In this document: positions 24,578 through 34,655 of the stretch, in pieces
Numbering within the stretch: the first letter of the stretch is position 1
Layout: every line of letters begins with the position of its first letter
Source of the DNA: a virus
Lineage: Duplodnaviria; Caudoviricetes
Virus record (IMG/VR): IMGVR_UViG_3300017747_001923
Span: 1-36,938 of that record
Length of the DNA: 36,938 nucleotides
Strand: one strand, 5' to 3'
Translations under genes and position numbers: made by a program
Notes under the pieces: generated by a model
Database searches by the model: none
What the model saw: only the letters and a program-made list of their open reading frames with translations
Told to the model about the DNA's origin: nothing

Positions 24578-26614
24578 ATGACCGTTAACTTTTCTTTGTT
24601 TGCTGGCGCAGGTCAGCAATTTTTCGACAACAATGGTGTACCGTTGGCTGGCGGCAAGGTTTACACCTACACCGCTGGAACTACCACGCCCGAAGTGGCT
24701 TACACCACCTCGGCCGGAAATGTTGCGCACACCAACCCTATTGTTCTGGACTCTGCTGGGCGAGTTCCCAGCGGTGGTGAAATTTGGTTGACCACCACGG
24801 TTGCTTACAAGTTCACCGTTGAAACATCGACGGGTGTGCTCATTGCCAGCTATGACAACGTGAATGCAGCCAGCACTGCAAAAGACCTTCAAGATTTCAT
24901 TGATAAACTTGCAAACGCAAACAATGTTGCCGAAGGTGATGCACTTGTCGCATTCCGGCAATCAAACGCAAGTGGTGCGTATTCTGGCACCATCGCCCGA
25001 ACTGTTCACCAGAAACTTCAAGAGACTGTCAGTATTGCTGACTTTGGTGCATCGCCCTCTGCCACTGGTTCTGTAAACCGCGCAGCTATTGTTGCTGCTC
25101 TTGCGGCTTCCAAGTCTGTGTACGCACCTCCTGGTATTTACACTGTGACCGGTGACACCATCACTATTCCCGACAACACGGAATTTTTCGGTGCTGGTAA
25201 GTACGCAACGACGATCAACTTTACGCCCGATGGTGACAAGGATTGCTTTGTCATTGGTTGGTATGTCACCCTTCGTGACATGAAAATTGTGGATCAGTAC
25301 CCGACTGCTGGCACTTATGGCACACTGCGTTTGCAAAGTCTGACCAACCCAGAAATTCCCACCAATGTTGGGGGTAATAACTGGAAGGACCCTGCCATTG
25401 GCGGATTGTCTTACAAGAACACCTTGCACAATTTGGTGCTGGAAAGCGGTCACAACTACAACATCTACATGGTCAATGTGGCGTATATTGACTTCCGTGA
25501 TGTTCGTGCTGTTTTGTCGCGCAACACCGCTGGTAATGTCAGTATTTGGGGCAAGGGCGGTGTCAACATGCCCGCCAGTACCACGGTGTACATGTCCGGT
25601 TCCAACGAGTTCACTGCTTCGCTGGCTGGCCCTGGCCTTACACTTGAAAACGTCAACAACTCGTACTTGCAGTTTATATCCGAGGGCAACAAGTCTCGTG
25701 GTGTAACTGCGACTGGTGATTTGACACAGTTGACATTTAAGCAGTGTTATCTTGAATCTAATTTTGCACTTGGTGCTGCTACTGGTGACGCCGAAATGGT
25801 GATTGCTGGAAACACCAGCAATGTTGTTATTGAAGACTGCTGGTTCTATTGCAACAATTCATTCCGTGGATTTATTGTCGCCCCTAACTACACGTACACC
25901 GGCTTAAACATTGCACGAAGCTGCCGAGTTCCCCCAACAGGAACGAACCCCAGTTCTGCTGTCAATGTACCCACAACTGTGGCCGGTTGGTCTATTGAGT
26001 TTAATAATGACTTCTTGACCAATAACACTGATGATTACAACGAGTCGCTGATTCGCGCTCAAGGTAAGCTGTGGCCTCGTCAAGTTTTCAACACAAGCCC
26101 GTACTCATTCATCCGAAACAGTTTGTTTAAGACTTGGACACTAACTGAACCAGATGGATGGTCTACACCGTTTTCAGCAACTCCGGTCACCAAAAACACA
26201 AGCAACCTGTATTACAAGTCCCCAAACTCCATGCAGTTTGGCACTTACCCTTCTGCTGTATCGTACCTGAACATTCAAAATAATCTGGAATGGTCGCAGA
26301 AAGGTTATTGCCTTGTGCTGGTTGGCAAAAACGGTAAAACTGTCAGTTCCGCGACACCTGGTTACAATGGTGTAGCCCGTACATACGTACTTATCAGCAT
26401 TGGGGCAACAAACTATTTCCTCGACATTCCAGAAACCACGTTTGGTTCTGAGTGGACGGCGGCACAGTTTGATCTGCAAGCCCTGTTTGGTAGCGATTTG
26501 CCCGCAAAAGCCAGCATGTCTGGATTTGCACTTTATCTTGTTTGCACGTCAGGAACCATTATCGGACATGCTGGTGTGTACGCAAACGATGCACCGTACC
26601 AAATCCCCGAGTAA
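24578..26614 (+). CDS. Tailspike / receptor-binding protein with a pectate-lyase-like beta-helix
   Basis: N-terminal QFFDNNG.PLAGGK.YTY.AGTTTP attachment domain, RTVHQKLQE.VS..DFGA linker and P.G.Y beta-helix entry; likely start ATG 24578. Confidence 0.85.
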   Translation: MTVNFSLFAGAGQQFFDNNGVPLAGGKVYTYTAGTTTPEVAYTTSAGNVAHTNPIVLDSAGRVPSGGEIWLTTTVAYKFTVETSTGVLIASYDNVNAASTAKDLQDFIDKLANANNVAEGDALVAFRQSNASGAYSGTIARTVHQKLQETVSIADFGASPSATGSVNRAAIVAALAASKSVYAPPGIYTVTGDTITIPDNTEFFGAGKYATTINFTPDGDKDCFVIGWYVTLRDMKIVDQYPTAGTYGTLRLQSLTNPEIPTNVGGNNWKDPAIGGLSYKNTLHNLVLESGHNYNIYMVNVAYIDFRDVRAVLSRNTAGNVSIWGKGGVNMPASTTVYMSGSNEFTASLAGPGLTLENVNNSYLQFISEGNKSRGVTATGDLTQLTFKQCYLESNFALGAATGDAEMVIAGNTSNVVIEDCWFYCNNSFRGFIVAPNYTYTGLNIARSCRVPPTGTNPSSAVNVPTTVAGWSIEFNNDFLTNNTDDYNESLIRAQGKLWPRQVFNTSPYSFIRNSLFKTWTLTEPDGWSTPFSATPVTKNTSNLYYKSPNSMQFGTYPSAVSYLNIQNNLEWSQKGYCLVLVGKNGKTVSSATPGYNGVARTYVLISIGATNYFLDIPETTFGSEWTAAQFDLQALFGSDLPAKASMSGFALYLVCTSGTIIGHAGVYANDAPYQIPE

Positions 26615-26634
26615 CTTTTTCAAAGGATTGAAAA

Positions 26635-27267
26635 ATGGCTGACCAGAAAATCTCACAGTTGATTGGGGCAACAACGCCGCTGGCAGGAACGGAAGTTCTA
26701 CCGATTGTGCAGGGAGGTGCAACTGTTAAGGTGTCTGTTGACAATCTGACAACTGGAAAAGTTGTTCCCGCAAATGGTGTCAAATTTCCAGCAACCCAAG
26801 TTGCTAGTGCTGATGCTAATACTCTTGATGACTACGAAGAGGGCACGTTCAGCCCAACTCTGACGACTGACGGCACAAACTTCACCAGCGTGACGTACTT
26901 TGCAGGATTCAATGGTGGCAAATACACCAAGATTGGCCGTCTGGTCACTGTGCAGATTACGCTTGGCACTTCAGCAGTGACGATTGGACCGGCCACTGGT
27001 AATATCGTGATTGGCAATCTACCGTTCACTTGCGCTGCTCACAACAGTGGCACTCAAGACGGATTTGGCAACTGCGCCTTGTCGCAGGTTCAAAACTTCG
27101 TCACCAACCAGCCGAACGCTGGTCGCGTCAATGCAAACAGCAATCGGATCAGCCTGTACTACAGGGCAACTGCAAATGGTCTGCCAACTGCACTCCCTGT
27201 TACTGACGCGGCAACTGGTTCTCCAGGCAACATTATTGTGCTCACCGCAACCTACATGACAGCGTAA
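26635..27267 (+). CDS. Short tail fibre-like protein
   Basis: MADQKISQL..ATTPLAGTEVLPIVQ N-terminus; ANTLDDYEEGTF.P and G.YTKIGR.V motifs. Confidence 0.75.
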   Translation: MADQKISQLIGATTPLAGTEVLPIVQGGATVKVSVDNLTTGKVVPANGVKFPATQVASADANTLDDYEEGTFSPTLTTDGTNFTSVTYFAGFNGGKYTKIGRLVTVQITLGTSAVTIGPATGNIVIGNLPFTCAAHNSGTQDGFGNCALSQVQNFVTNQPNAGRVNANSNRISLYYRATANGLPTALPVTDAATGSPGNIIVLTATYMTA

Positions 27268-27276
27268 GGACTGAAA

Positions 27277-27543
27277 ATGGCACTCACCAAAGAAACAATC
27301 GTAGATCGTGTGGAAGTTGTCGAGAATGGCGCAGTTCAGGTGCGCACCACCATCATCGTTAAAGATGGGGACGAGTTGGTTTCCCGCACGTTCGTTCGCC
27401 ATGTGATCAACCCTGGTGATGATTACACTGGTCAAGCTGACAAAGTGAAAGAAATCTGCAAAGTCGTTCACACCAAGGCGAAAATTGCCGCCTACCGCGA
27501 AGCGCAAAAAGCGTCAGTAGTCGCGTTGGACAAATTGTTGTAA
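27277..27543 (+). CDS. Small protein usually paired with DDYEEG-type fibre genes
   Basis: MALTKET..D..EV...G.VQVR....I..DG....R.F.RHV..PGDD; AAGGA SD. Confidence 0.7.
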   Translation: MALTKETIVDRVEVVENGAVQVRTTIIVKDGDELVSRTFVRHVINPGDDYTGQADKVKEICKVVHTKAKIAAYREAQKASVVALDKLL

Positions 27544-27594
27544 GATAAATCAACTGTACCGGCCCAGTAGACCGAGGTCCTAACGGAATATATT

Positions 27595-28392
27595 ATGAAT
27601 GAAGAAGTTAAAAACCTAGCGGAAGTAGACTCCGCGCCAGCCCCTGAGGTGACGGCCACCACGGATCAGGCACAAAATGCGCCGGAAGTTTCTGATCAAA
27701 ATAATGAGACAGTAGAGGAAAAGAGATTTACTCAAGCTGAACTCGATGCAATGATTGGCAAGCGCCTCGCAAGAGAGCAACGTAAGTGGGAACGTGAGCA
27801 GCAAGCCAAGCAAGCAGAAATGCAAGCGCGGCAGTCGGTGCCAGCGGAACTCCCGCCAGCGGACCAGTTTGAGTCCCCTGAAGCCTATGCGGAAGCACTG
27901 GCCGTAAGGAAGGCGGAAGAACTGATTGCGCAGCGAGAACTCCAAAAGCAACGCATTCAAATTGAAGAAGCCTATGCAGATCGTGAGGAAGAAGCTCGTA
28001 GTAAGTATAATGACTTTGAGCAAATTGCTTACAACCCGCAACTTCGGGTCACCGATGTAATGGCTGAAACAATTAAAGCATCCGACATTGGGCCTGATTT
28101 AGCCTATTGGTTAGGTAGTAACCCAAAAGAAGCTGATCGCATTTCGCGCCTGTCACCACTTTTGCAAGCGCGTGAAATTGGGAAAATTGAGGCCAAACTT
28201 AGTATTGAACCTCCCCAAAAGAAAACAACGTCTGCGCCCGAGCCGATTCGTCCGGTAAGCGCTCGCGCTGTAAATCCTGGTGTTGTTGACACCACCGACC
28301 CTCGGTCTACTCAGACTATGAGCACGTCGGAATGGATTGCCGCCGAGCGTCAACGACAAATCGTCAAGGTAAAGGCACTTCGCAACCGTTAA
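27595..28392 (+). CDS. Capsid scaffolding protein
   Basis: Acidic N-terminus, FTQAELD..I.KRL.RE coiled-coil, LAYWLG.NP.EA.RI; directly upstream of the coat gene. Confidence 0.8.
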   Translation: MNEEVKNLAEVDSAPAPEVTATTDQAQNAPEVSDQNNETVEEKRFTQAELDAMIGKRLAREQRKWEREQQAKQAEMQARQSVPAELPPADQFESPEAYAEALAVRKAEELIAQRELQKQRIQIEEAYADREEEARSKYNDFEQIAYNPQLRVTDVMAETIKASDIGPDLAYWLGSNPKEADRISRLSPLLQAREIGKIEAKLSIEPPQKKTTSAPEPIRPVSARAVNPGVVDTTDPRSTQTMSTSEWIAAERQRQIVKVKALRNR

Positions 28393-28407
28393 ATAGGACT
28401 TTAAATC

Positions 28408-29616
28408 ATGGCAAATAGCCTTCTTACAATTGACATGATCACGCGTAAATCTCTTGAAATTTTAGAGAATAATCTCGTGATTACCCGCAACGTGAACCGC
28501 CAGTACGATGACAGCTTTGCTGTCGAAGGTGCAAAAATTGGTTCAACTTTACGTATTCGTTTACCCGATCGCGCTTTAGTAACTGACGGTGCTGCTTTGC
28601 AAGCACAAGATGACAACGAACAGTACACCACTTTAACTGTAGCATCACAAAAACACGTTGGTATTAATTTTACATCTGCTGAATTAACCATGCAGTTAGA
28701 TGATTTTGCGGAACGTGTTTTAAAACCTCGTATTAGTCAGTTAGCTTCTACCGTGGATGCTGATGTCGCTAATGCGTTTAAACAAATAGGTAATTCAGTT
28801 GGTACACCAGGATCAGCTCCTAGTACTGCTTTAGTTATGTTGCAAGCTCAACAGAAATTAAACGAAAATGCTGCTACCATGTCTCCTCGTTACTTGACTG
28901 TTAATCCTGCTGCCAACGCTGCATTGGTTAATGGTTTGGCTGGCTTCTTTAACCCTCAAGATGTTATTTCCCGTCAGTTCAAAAACGGTATGATGGGTGA
29001 GCAAGTTTTGGGCTACGATGAAGTAAACATGAGTCAGTCCATTAAATCTTTCACAGTAGGTACTCGTACTGCAACCGGTGGTACAACTTCCGCTGCGGTG
29101 ACTGCTGAGGGAGCTACTACAATTTCTATTACTGGTGCTGGTAATGGTGCCACCGTTAAAACTGGTGATGTGTTTACCGTGGACGGTTGTTTTGCCGCTA
29201 ACCCTCAAACTCGTGAGTCTACGGGTTCATTATTCCAGTTTGTTGCTTTAGCTGATGTAACTTTAGGTTCTAGCGGTGAAGGTAATATTACTGTTGCTCC
29301 GATGTACTCTGGTAGCAATGCTTTAGCGACTGTAGTAAGTTTACCAGGTAACAGTAAAGCTGTAACTTTCATCGGTGCGTCTGGTCAAACTTATGCCCAG
29401 AACCTTGCTTATCATCGTGACGCTATCGCGTTTGCCACCGCCGACCTGCTTCTGCCGCAAGGTGTGGACATGGCAAGCCGTGCCGTTCACAATGGTATTA
29501 GCCTGCGTATAGTTCGCCAGTATGATATTAACAACGACCGTATGCCGTGCCGTGTTGACGTTCTGTACGGCTACAACACAATCCGTGGACAAATGGCTTG
29601 TCGCGTTTGGGGTTGA
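28408..29616 (+). CDS. Major capsid protein (P22 gp5 coat-like)
   Basis: MANSLLTIDMITR..L.ILENNL, KIG.TLRIRLP, C-terminal R.DVLYG. Confidence 0.93.
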   Translation: MANSLLTIDMITRKSLEILENNLVITRNVNRQYDDSFAVEGAKIGSTLRIRLPDRALVTDGAALQAQDDNEQYTTLTVASQKHVGINFTSAELTMQLDDFAERVLKPRISQLASTVDADVANAFKQIGNSVGTPGSAPSTALVMLQAQQKLNENAATMSPRYLTVNPAANAALVNGLAGFFNPQDVISRQFKNGMMGEQVLGYDEVNMSQSIKSFTVGTRTATGGTTSAAVTAEGATTISITGAGNGATVKTGDVFTVDGCFAANPQTRESTGSLFQFVALADVTLGSSGEGNITVAPMYSGSNALATVVSLPGNSKAVTFIGASGQTYAQNLAYHRDAIAFATADLLLPQGVDMASRAVHNGISLRIVRQYDINNDRMPCRVDVLYGYNTIRGQMACRVWG

Positions 29617-29623
29617 TTTAGAT

Positions 29624-29644
29624 GCCCCTTTTGGGGCTTCTCTT
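29624..29644 (+). terminator. Hairpin, probable weak terminator after the coat gene
   Basis: GCCCC-TTTT-GGGGC followed by TTCTCTT. Confidence 0.55.
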
Positions 29645-29669
29645 GATTAAATATTAAAAGGAAATTATT

Positions 29670-30083
29670 ATGGCTCTCCCTAATGGTGGTGGTGGTTACC
29701 AAATTGGTGATGGTAACATCAATGAAACTCAATTTTTTGTTACTTCATCGCCTGCAACGGCAACGGTGACTGCAACTTTAACAGCGACTCAAGTTCTCAA
29801 TGGTACTATTCTTGGTTCTCCAGGTTCATCCGCTGCAAGTTACACTCTGCCTACTGTTACCGATTTAGAAAACGCTTTATTAAATGCCGATAAACCTGGT
29901 GTGACATTTGAATTTTCTGTAGTAAATGTTGACGGTTCTGGTTCCGGTGTTATTACTTTAGTTGCTGGCACTGGTTGGACTTTAGTTGGTTTAATGACAG
30001 TTGCTGCTACTGCTGGTACTGCTCAACTGTTCCGTGCCCGTAAAACAGGCACTGGAACTTGGACTTTGTACCGTCGCGGGTAA
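29670..30083 (+). CDS. Putative capsid decoration or minor head protein
   Basis: Thr/Gly-rich beta protein immediately after the coat gene; AAGGA SD. Confidence 0.65.
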   Translation: MALPNGGGGYQIGDGNINETQFFVTSSPATATVTATLTATQVLNGTILGSPGSSAASYTLPTVTDLENALLNADKPGVTFEFSVVNVDGSGSGVITLVAGTGWTLVGLMTVAATAGTAQLFRARKTGTGTWTLYRRG

Positions 30084-30095
30084 TTTTAGTAGTAA

Positions 30096-30115
30096 AACGA
30101 GGGTTCGCCCTCGTT
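30096..30115 (+). terminator. Perfect 8-bp hairpin with TTCG loop (terminator or mRNA-stabilising element)
   Basis: AACGAGGG-TTCG-CCCTCGTT; U-tract is short. Confidence 0.55.
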
Positions 30116-30133
30116 CAGATATAAGGAGTTAAT

Positions 30134-30379
30134 ATGAATGTAGTTTTAGTACATCCTGTGCATGGAGCTAAAGTTGCTATTAATGAGCAAGAAATAAAAC
30201 TAGATGAAGAAAATGGATGGACGCGTTATAATCCTGATATAATTACTGAAGAAGTTGAAAAAACAACATCCGTTAAACGTAATAAGGGATCTCGTAAAGC
30301 AACTGAAGTATTAAATGAACAACTTGATAAAATCCCAGATTTTTTAAATTCAGTCAATGACGAATTGAAAGAGAATTAA
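30134..30379 (+). CDS. Hypothetical protein (HPVHGAKVA...DE.NGW.RY)
   Basis: AAGGAG SD; lies within the structural operon. Confidence 0.7.
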   Translation: MNVVLVHPVHGAKVAINEQEIKLDEENGWTRYNPDIITEEVEKTTSVKRNKGSRKATEVLNEQLDKIPDFLNSVNDELKEN

Positions 30380-30380
30380 T

Positions 30381-31091
30381 ATGACAACGACCGCTGGTGA
30401 TCAAATTAATCGGGCTTTACGTCTACTTGGCGTATTGGCTGAAAATGAAACCCCTTCGGCGGCAACTAGTCAAGACGCTCTTTTAGCAATGAATCAAATG
30501 ATTGATTCATGGAATACTGAAAGATTATCAGTATTTTCTACTCAAGACCAAGTATTCAATTGGTCCGCAGGAGAAATTCGCCGCACTCTTGGTCCAACTG
30601 GTGATTTTGTAGGTAATCGTCCTGTATATTTTGATGACGCTACCTATTACAAAGCACCTAGCGGTGTATCGTACGGTATTAAATTTATCAATCAATCTCA
30701 ATACGATGGAATTGCCGTTAAGACAGCTACATCTACTTTTCCGCAAGTTATTTTCGTAAATGAAACATTTCCTGATGTTGAAATGTTTATTTATCCTAAA
30801 CCAACTCAGACCCTCGAATGGCACTTTATTTCAATTGAAGAACTAACGCAACCTGCTACGTTATCAACTCAATTACATTTTCCCCCAGGATATTTGCGAG
30901 CATTTACTTATAATTTAGCAATGGAGATTGCGCCAGAGTTTGGAGTTGAGCCATCACCACAGGTTAAACGTATTGCAATGACTAGCAAACGTAATCTTAA
31001 ACGTGTTAATAACCCAAATGATGTAATGAGTTTACCTTACGGTGTTGTGGCAAATAAACAGCGCTTTAATATTTACGCTGGAAACTTTTAA
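30381..31091 (+). CDS. Head-to-tail adaptor (P22 gp4-like)
   Basis: T.GD.I..ALRLLGV.A..ETP......DAL...N.M.D.W and YNLA.E.APEFG motifs; position after the head genes. Confidence 0.8.
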   Translation: MTTTAGDQINRALRLLGVLAENETPSAATSQDALLAMNQMIDSWNTERLSVFSTQDQVFNWSAGEIRRTLGPTGDFVGNRPVYFDDATYYKAPSGVSYGIKFINQSQYDGIAVKTATSTFPQVIFVNETFPDVEMFIYPKPTQTLEWHFISIEELTQPATLSTQLHFPPGYLRAFTYNLAMEIAPEFGVEPSPQVKRIAMTSKRNLKRVNNPNDVMSLPYGVVANKQRFNIYAGNF

Positions 31092-32524
31092 TGAAAAGCC
31101 CAATTCTCGGTTCTACTTATGTAACTCGAAGCATCAATGCTGCAAATGCACGCATGGTTAACTTGTTTCCTGAAATTGTTCCTGAAGGAGGAAAAGAACC
31201 TGCTTTTTTAAATCGCGCACCTGGTTTAAAATTAAAAGTTGCTGTAGGTATAGGTCCAATTCGCGGACTTTGGTCGTATGGTAATAATATGTATGTAGTT
31301 AGTGGTAATAAATTGTATAAAGTTACCTCTGATTACGTTGTTACGAATTTGGGTACAGTATCGGGCAATAGTGGTTCGGTTAGTATGGCTGACAATGGTA
31401 CTCAATTGTTTATTGCTTGCAATGGTCCAAGTTATATTTATAATTCACAAACTAACGTATTCCAGCAAATTAGCGATGGTGATTTTCCTGGCGCAGCTAC
31501 AGTATGTTATATTGACGGTTACTTTGTATTTAATGAGCCAAATAGTCAAAAAATTTGGGTAACGAGTTTATTAAACGGTACAGACATAGACCCGTTAGAT
31601 TTTGCCAGTGCTGAAGGTTCTCCTGATGGTGTAGTAGGTGTTATTGCCGATCATCGAGAATTATGGGTTTTTGGTACTAACTCGATTGAAGTTTGGTCCA
31701 ACACCGGCAACGCTGATTTTCCTTTTTCTCGTATTCAAGGTGCTTTTAACGAGTTAGGGTGCGTAGCTGCATATTCTATTGCCAAAATGGATAATGGTTT
31801 ATTTTGGCTTGGTCAAGATGCTCGTGGGCAAGGAATTGTCTATCGCGCTAACGGATACACGGGTCAACGAATATCTACTCATGCTATTGAATGGCAGATT
31901 CAGCAATACGGTAACTTGTCAGATGCTATTGGATACACTTATCAACAAGATGGTCATAGTTTCTATGTGTTAATTTTTCCTACTGCGAACACAACATGGG
32001 TGTATGATGTATCAACACAAGCTTGGCATGAACGAGCTGGATTTATCAATGGTGAGTTTACACGTCACCGAAGTAATTGTCAGGTATTTTTCAACAATGA
32101 AGTATTAGTCGGTGATTATCAAAACGCTAATATATACGCTTTTGATTTAAACAATTTTTCAGATAATAATAATACTCAAAAATGGTTAAGATCATGGAGA
32201 GCGTTACCCACTGGTCAAAATAATCTTAAACGCACTGCGCAGCATAGTCTTCAACTTGATTTAGAGACCGGTGTTGGTTTAAATCTTGGTCAAGGTAGTA
32301 ACCCTCAAGTTATGTTACGCTGGAGTGATGATGGTGGGCATACATGGTCAAATGAACATTGGGTCAGTATTGGTAAAATAGGTGAATTTTATCGACGCGC
32401 AATTTGGCGGCGTTTAGGTATGACAATGAAACTGCGTGACCGAGTGTATGAATTAAGCGGCACTGATCCTGTAAAAATTGCTATTATTGGTGCAGAATTA
32501 ATCGTGAGTCCGACAAATGCTTAA
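31091..32524 (+). CDS. Tail hub / packaged-DNA stabilisation protein (P22 gp10-like)
   Basis: Beta-propeller-like sequence; FASAEGSPD, TWVYD..TQ.WHER, LRWSDDGG.TW, WRRLG motifs. Confidence 0.88.
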   Translation: MKSPILGSTYVTRSINAANARMVNLFPEIVPEGGKEPAFLNRAPGLKLKVAVGIGPIRGLWSYGNNMYVVSGNKLYKVTSDYVVTNLGTVSGNSGSVSMADNGTQLFIACNGPSYIYNSQTNVFQQISDGDFPGAATVCYIDGYFVFNEPNSQKIWVTSLLNGTDIDPLDFASAEGSPDGVVGVIADHRELWVFGTNSIEVWSNTGNADFPFSRIQGAFNELGCVAAYSIAKMDNGLFWLGQDARGQGIVYRANGYTGQRISTHAIEWQIQQYGNLSDAIGYTYQQDGHSFYVLIFPTANTTWVYDVSTQAWHERAGFINGEFTRHRSNCQVFFNNEVLVGDYQNANIYAFDLNNFSDNNNTQKWLRSWRALPTGQNNLKRTAQHSLQLDLETGVGLNLGQGSNPQVMLRWSDDGGHTWSNEHWVSIGKIGEFYRRAIWRRLGMTMKLRDRVYELSGTDPVKIAIIGAELIVSPTNA

Positions 32525-33533
32525 CCCGTTAAGTGTTCAAATTACACCGCCGCGAGTTCCATTTATTGATCAACGTTCGGGAAATATTTCGCGCGAATGG
32601 TATTTGTTTTTTTTGTCATTATTCAGATCTCAAGGCGGTAGCAGCATTTCACTCGATGATGTGCAAAAAGGACCTCCGGCAGCAACACTTGATGATATTA
32701 GTAATGAATGTTGCAATAATGAATTTGTTTCAGTAAATAATGAACAAACTAATGAAATTGCAGAATTGCAAAAGCAAATAGAAGGACTTGCGGAACAACC
32801 TTTTGAATTAGTTAATCAGATTAATGAATTACAGAAACAAATAGAAGGCTTCGAAGGGCAGCCTTTTAATTCAACTAATGAAATTGCAGAATTACAGAAA
32901 CAAATAGAAGGACTTGCAGAACAACCTTCCAGCTTGATTGATGAAGTTAATCAAATGAAACAACAAATTAATGATCTTCAGCAATCATTAACTAATCGTA
33001 TTGATCAAATTACTGAACTTCAAAAACAGATTGAAAGTGTTCAATTAACTCCACCGCCAAGAGAATTTAAACGATCAAGATATGGTCAGTTTTTTGATAC
33101 AACCACGCAAGCTGCTGTTTCCGCAAACACTCCTTACGCTATCGCGTTTAACACAGCAGATGTTTCTAACGGGGTGTATTTAGGGACGCCGTCATCACGA
33201 GTTTATGTGGACACCGATGGTATTTACAATATAATATTTAGTATTCAATTGGATAAAACAAGTGGCGGCACCGGATTATTTTGGGTTTGGCCTCGTGTCA
33301 ATGGAGTAGATCTTCCAAATAGTAATAGTCAAGTTCGTGTACAAGGAAATGACTCCGAGCTTTTAGTAACTGTGGGATATTTTCTTGAACTTGTCGCAAA
33401 TGATTATTTTGAAATAATGTTTGCTGTGGATGACGTGAGCGTTGAAGTTACTGCGTTTCCATCATCTGCGTTTTATCCAGCAATTCCGTCTATTATTTTG
33501 ACGGTTACCGACAACATTCAAGGAGTGCAATAA
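32517..33533 (+). CDS. Putative tail needle (gp26-position) protein with repeat-expanded coiled-coil and C-terminal beta domain
   Basis: PRVP.ID...G.ISREWY.FF N-terminus; central ELQKQIEG repeats; follows the gp10-like gene. Confidence 0.65.
   Translation: MLNPLSVQITPPRVPFIDQRSGNISREWYLFFLSLFRSQGGSSISLDDVQKGPPAATLDDISNECCNNEFVSVNNEQTNEIAELQKQIEGLAEQPFELVNQINELQKQIEGFEGQPFNSTNEIAELQKQIEGLAEQPSSLIDEVNQMKQQINDLQQSLTNRIDQITELQKQIESVQLTPPPREFKRSRYGQFFDTTTQAAVSANTPYAIAFNTADVSNGVYLGTPSSRVYVDTDGIYNIIFSIQLDKTSGGTGLFWVWPRVNGVDLPNSNSQVRVQGNDSELLVTVGYFLELVANDYFEIMFAVDDVSVEVTAFPSSAFYPAIPSIILTVTDNIQGVQ
32747..32928 (+). repeat. In-frame ~63-bp (21-aa) tandem repeat, three copies
   Basis: TNEIAELQKQIEGLAEQP at 32747 and 32873 (126 bp apart), with a diverged middle copy NQINELQKQIEGFEGQP. 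Confidence 0.85.
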
Positions 33534-33872
33534 ATGACAGTTACTGTAAAAAATCTGGTTCCTGGTAAAACCGTTGAGACGGTTCAGACTACTCAGTACA
33601 CCGCAACTAATGTAACTACAATTATCGACAAGTTCACAGCTACGAATTATAGCGCAACTGCTGCGACAATTTCAGTAAACCTTGTTACATCGGCAGGGTC
33701 TGCCGGAAATGACAATTTAATTACTAAAACCAAAACACTTCAACCCTCGGAAGTTTATACTTTTCCAGAATTGGTAGGGCAGGTGTTGAACCCTGGTGGG
33801 TTTATCAGTACAATTGCAGGTACCGCCAGTTCAATTAATATGCGCGTTAGTGGACGCGAAGTGACTCAGTAA
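33534..33872 (+). CDS. Small Thr-rich virion protein
   Basis: IIDKFTATN, YTFPELVGQVL..GGFIST, R.SGRE; abuts the upstream stop codon. Confidence 0.7.
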   Translation: MTVTVKNLVPGKTVETVQTTQYTATNVTTIIDKFTATNYSATAATISVNLVTSAGSAGNDNLITKTKTLQPSEVYTFPELVGQVLNPGGFISTIAGTASSINMRVSGREVTQ

Positions 33873-33882
33873 GGGACGAAAT

Positions 33883-34623
33883 ATGGGACTGCTTTCTACA
33901 CTTGGGACCATTGGTGGTTCGTTATTAGGTGGCCCCGTTGGAGGCGCTATCGGCGGTGCTTTGGGCGGTGCGATTGAAGGTAACGATAGTGCAAAGGCTG
34001 CGGCTTCCGCAGCTGCGCAAACTGCTGCCGCAACTGATCGTGCAGCAGCACTTCAACGAGAAATGTGGCTTGCTCAACAGGAACAACAAAAACCATGGTT
34101 AGAAGCAGGTAAGCAGGCTCTTAATAAACTAATCCCTATTGCCACTGAGTATACCCCATTTGGGATGCAGCAATTTCAAGACGATCCTGGATATGGTTTT
34201 CGTATCGGTGAAGGTATGAAAGCATTAGAACGTAGTGCGGCGGCTAGGGGTGGTTTATTATCAGGAGCCACACTTAAAGGTATTCAAAGATACGGTCAAG
34301 ATCTCGCCTCGCAAGAATATCAAAATGCTTTTAATAGATATCAATCCGAGCGAGAAGCCCGACTTAAGCCTTTGCAATCTCTTTCGGGAGTTGGTCAGAC
34401 AACCGCAAATGTTTTAGGTGAGGTAGGGCAAACTTATGCTAGTAATATTGGGAATTCTTTAATCAATCAAGGTTACACAGCAGGAAATGCACAACTGGCC
34501 GCTGAACGATCTCGACAATCTATGTACGGTAATATTAATACCGCACTTGGTCGAATTACACCCGAACAATGGTCTAGTGCAGGAAACGCATTAAGTAACT
34601 GGTATAGTAATCTTGGTAAATAA
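33883..34623 (+). CDS. Putative DNA ejection protein (P22 gp7-like)
   Basis: Gly-rich N-terminus, Q.PW..AG..AL, DPGY.FR..EG.KA.ERSAAARGGL.SG..LK motif. Confidence 0.75.
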   Translation: MGLLSTLGTIGGSLLGGPVGGAIGGALGGAIEGNDSAKAAASAAAQTAAATDRAAALQREMWLAQQEQQKPWLEAGKQALNKLIPIATEYTPFGMQQFQDDPGYGFRIGEGMKALERSAAARGGLLSGATLKGIQRYGQDLASQEYQNAFNRYQSEREARLKPLQSLSGVGQTTANVLGEVGQTYASNIGNSLINQGYTAGNAQLAAERSRQSMYGNINTALGRITPEQWSSAGNALSNWYSNLGK

Positions 34624-34655
34624 GATATAAATTTAAGTAGAATTAAGGAACAATT

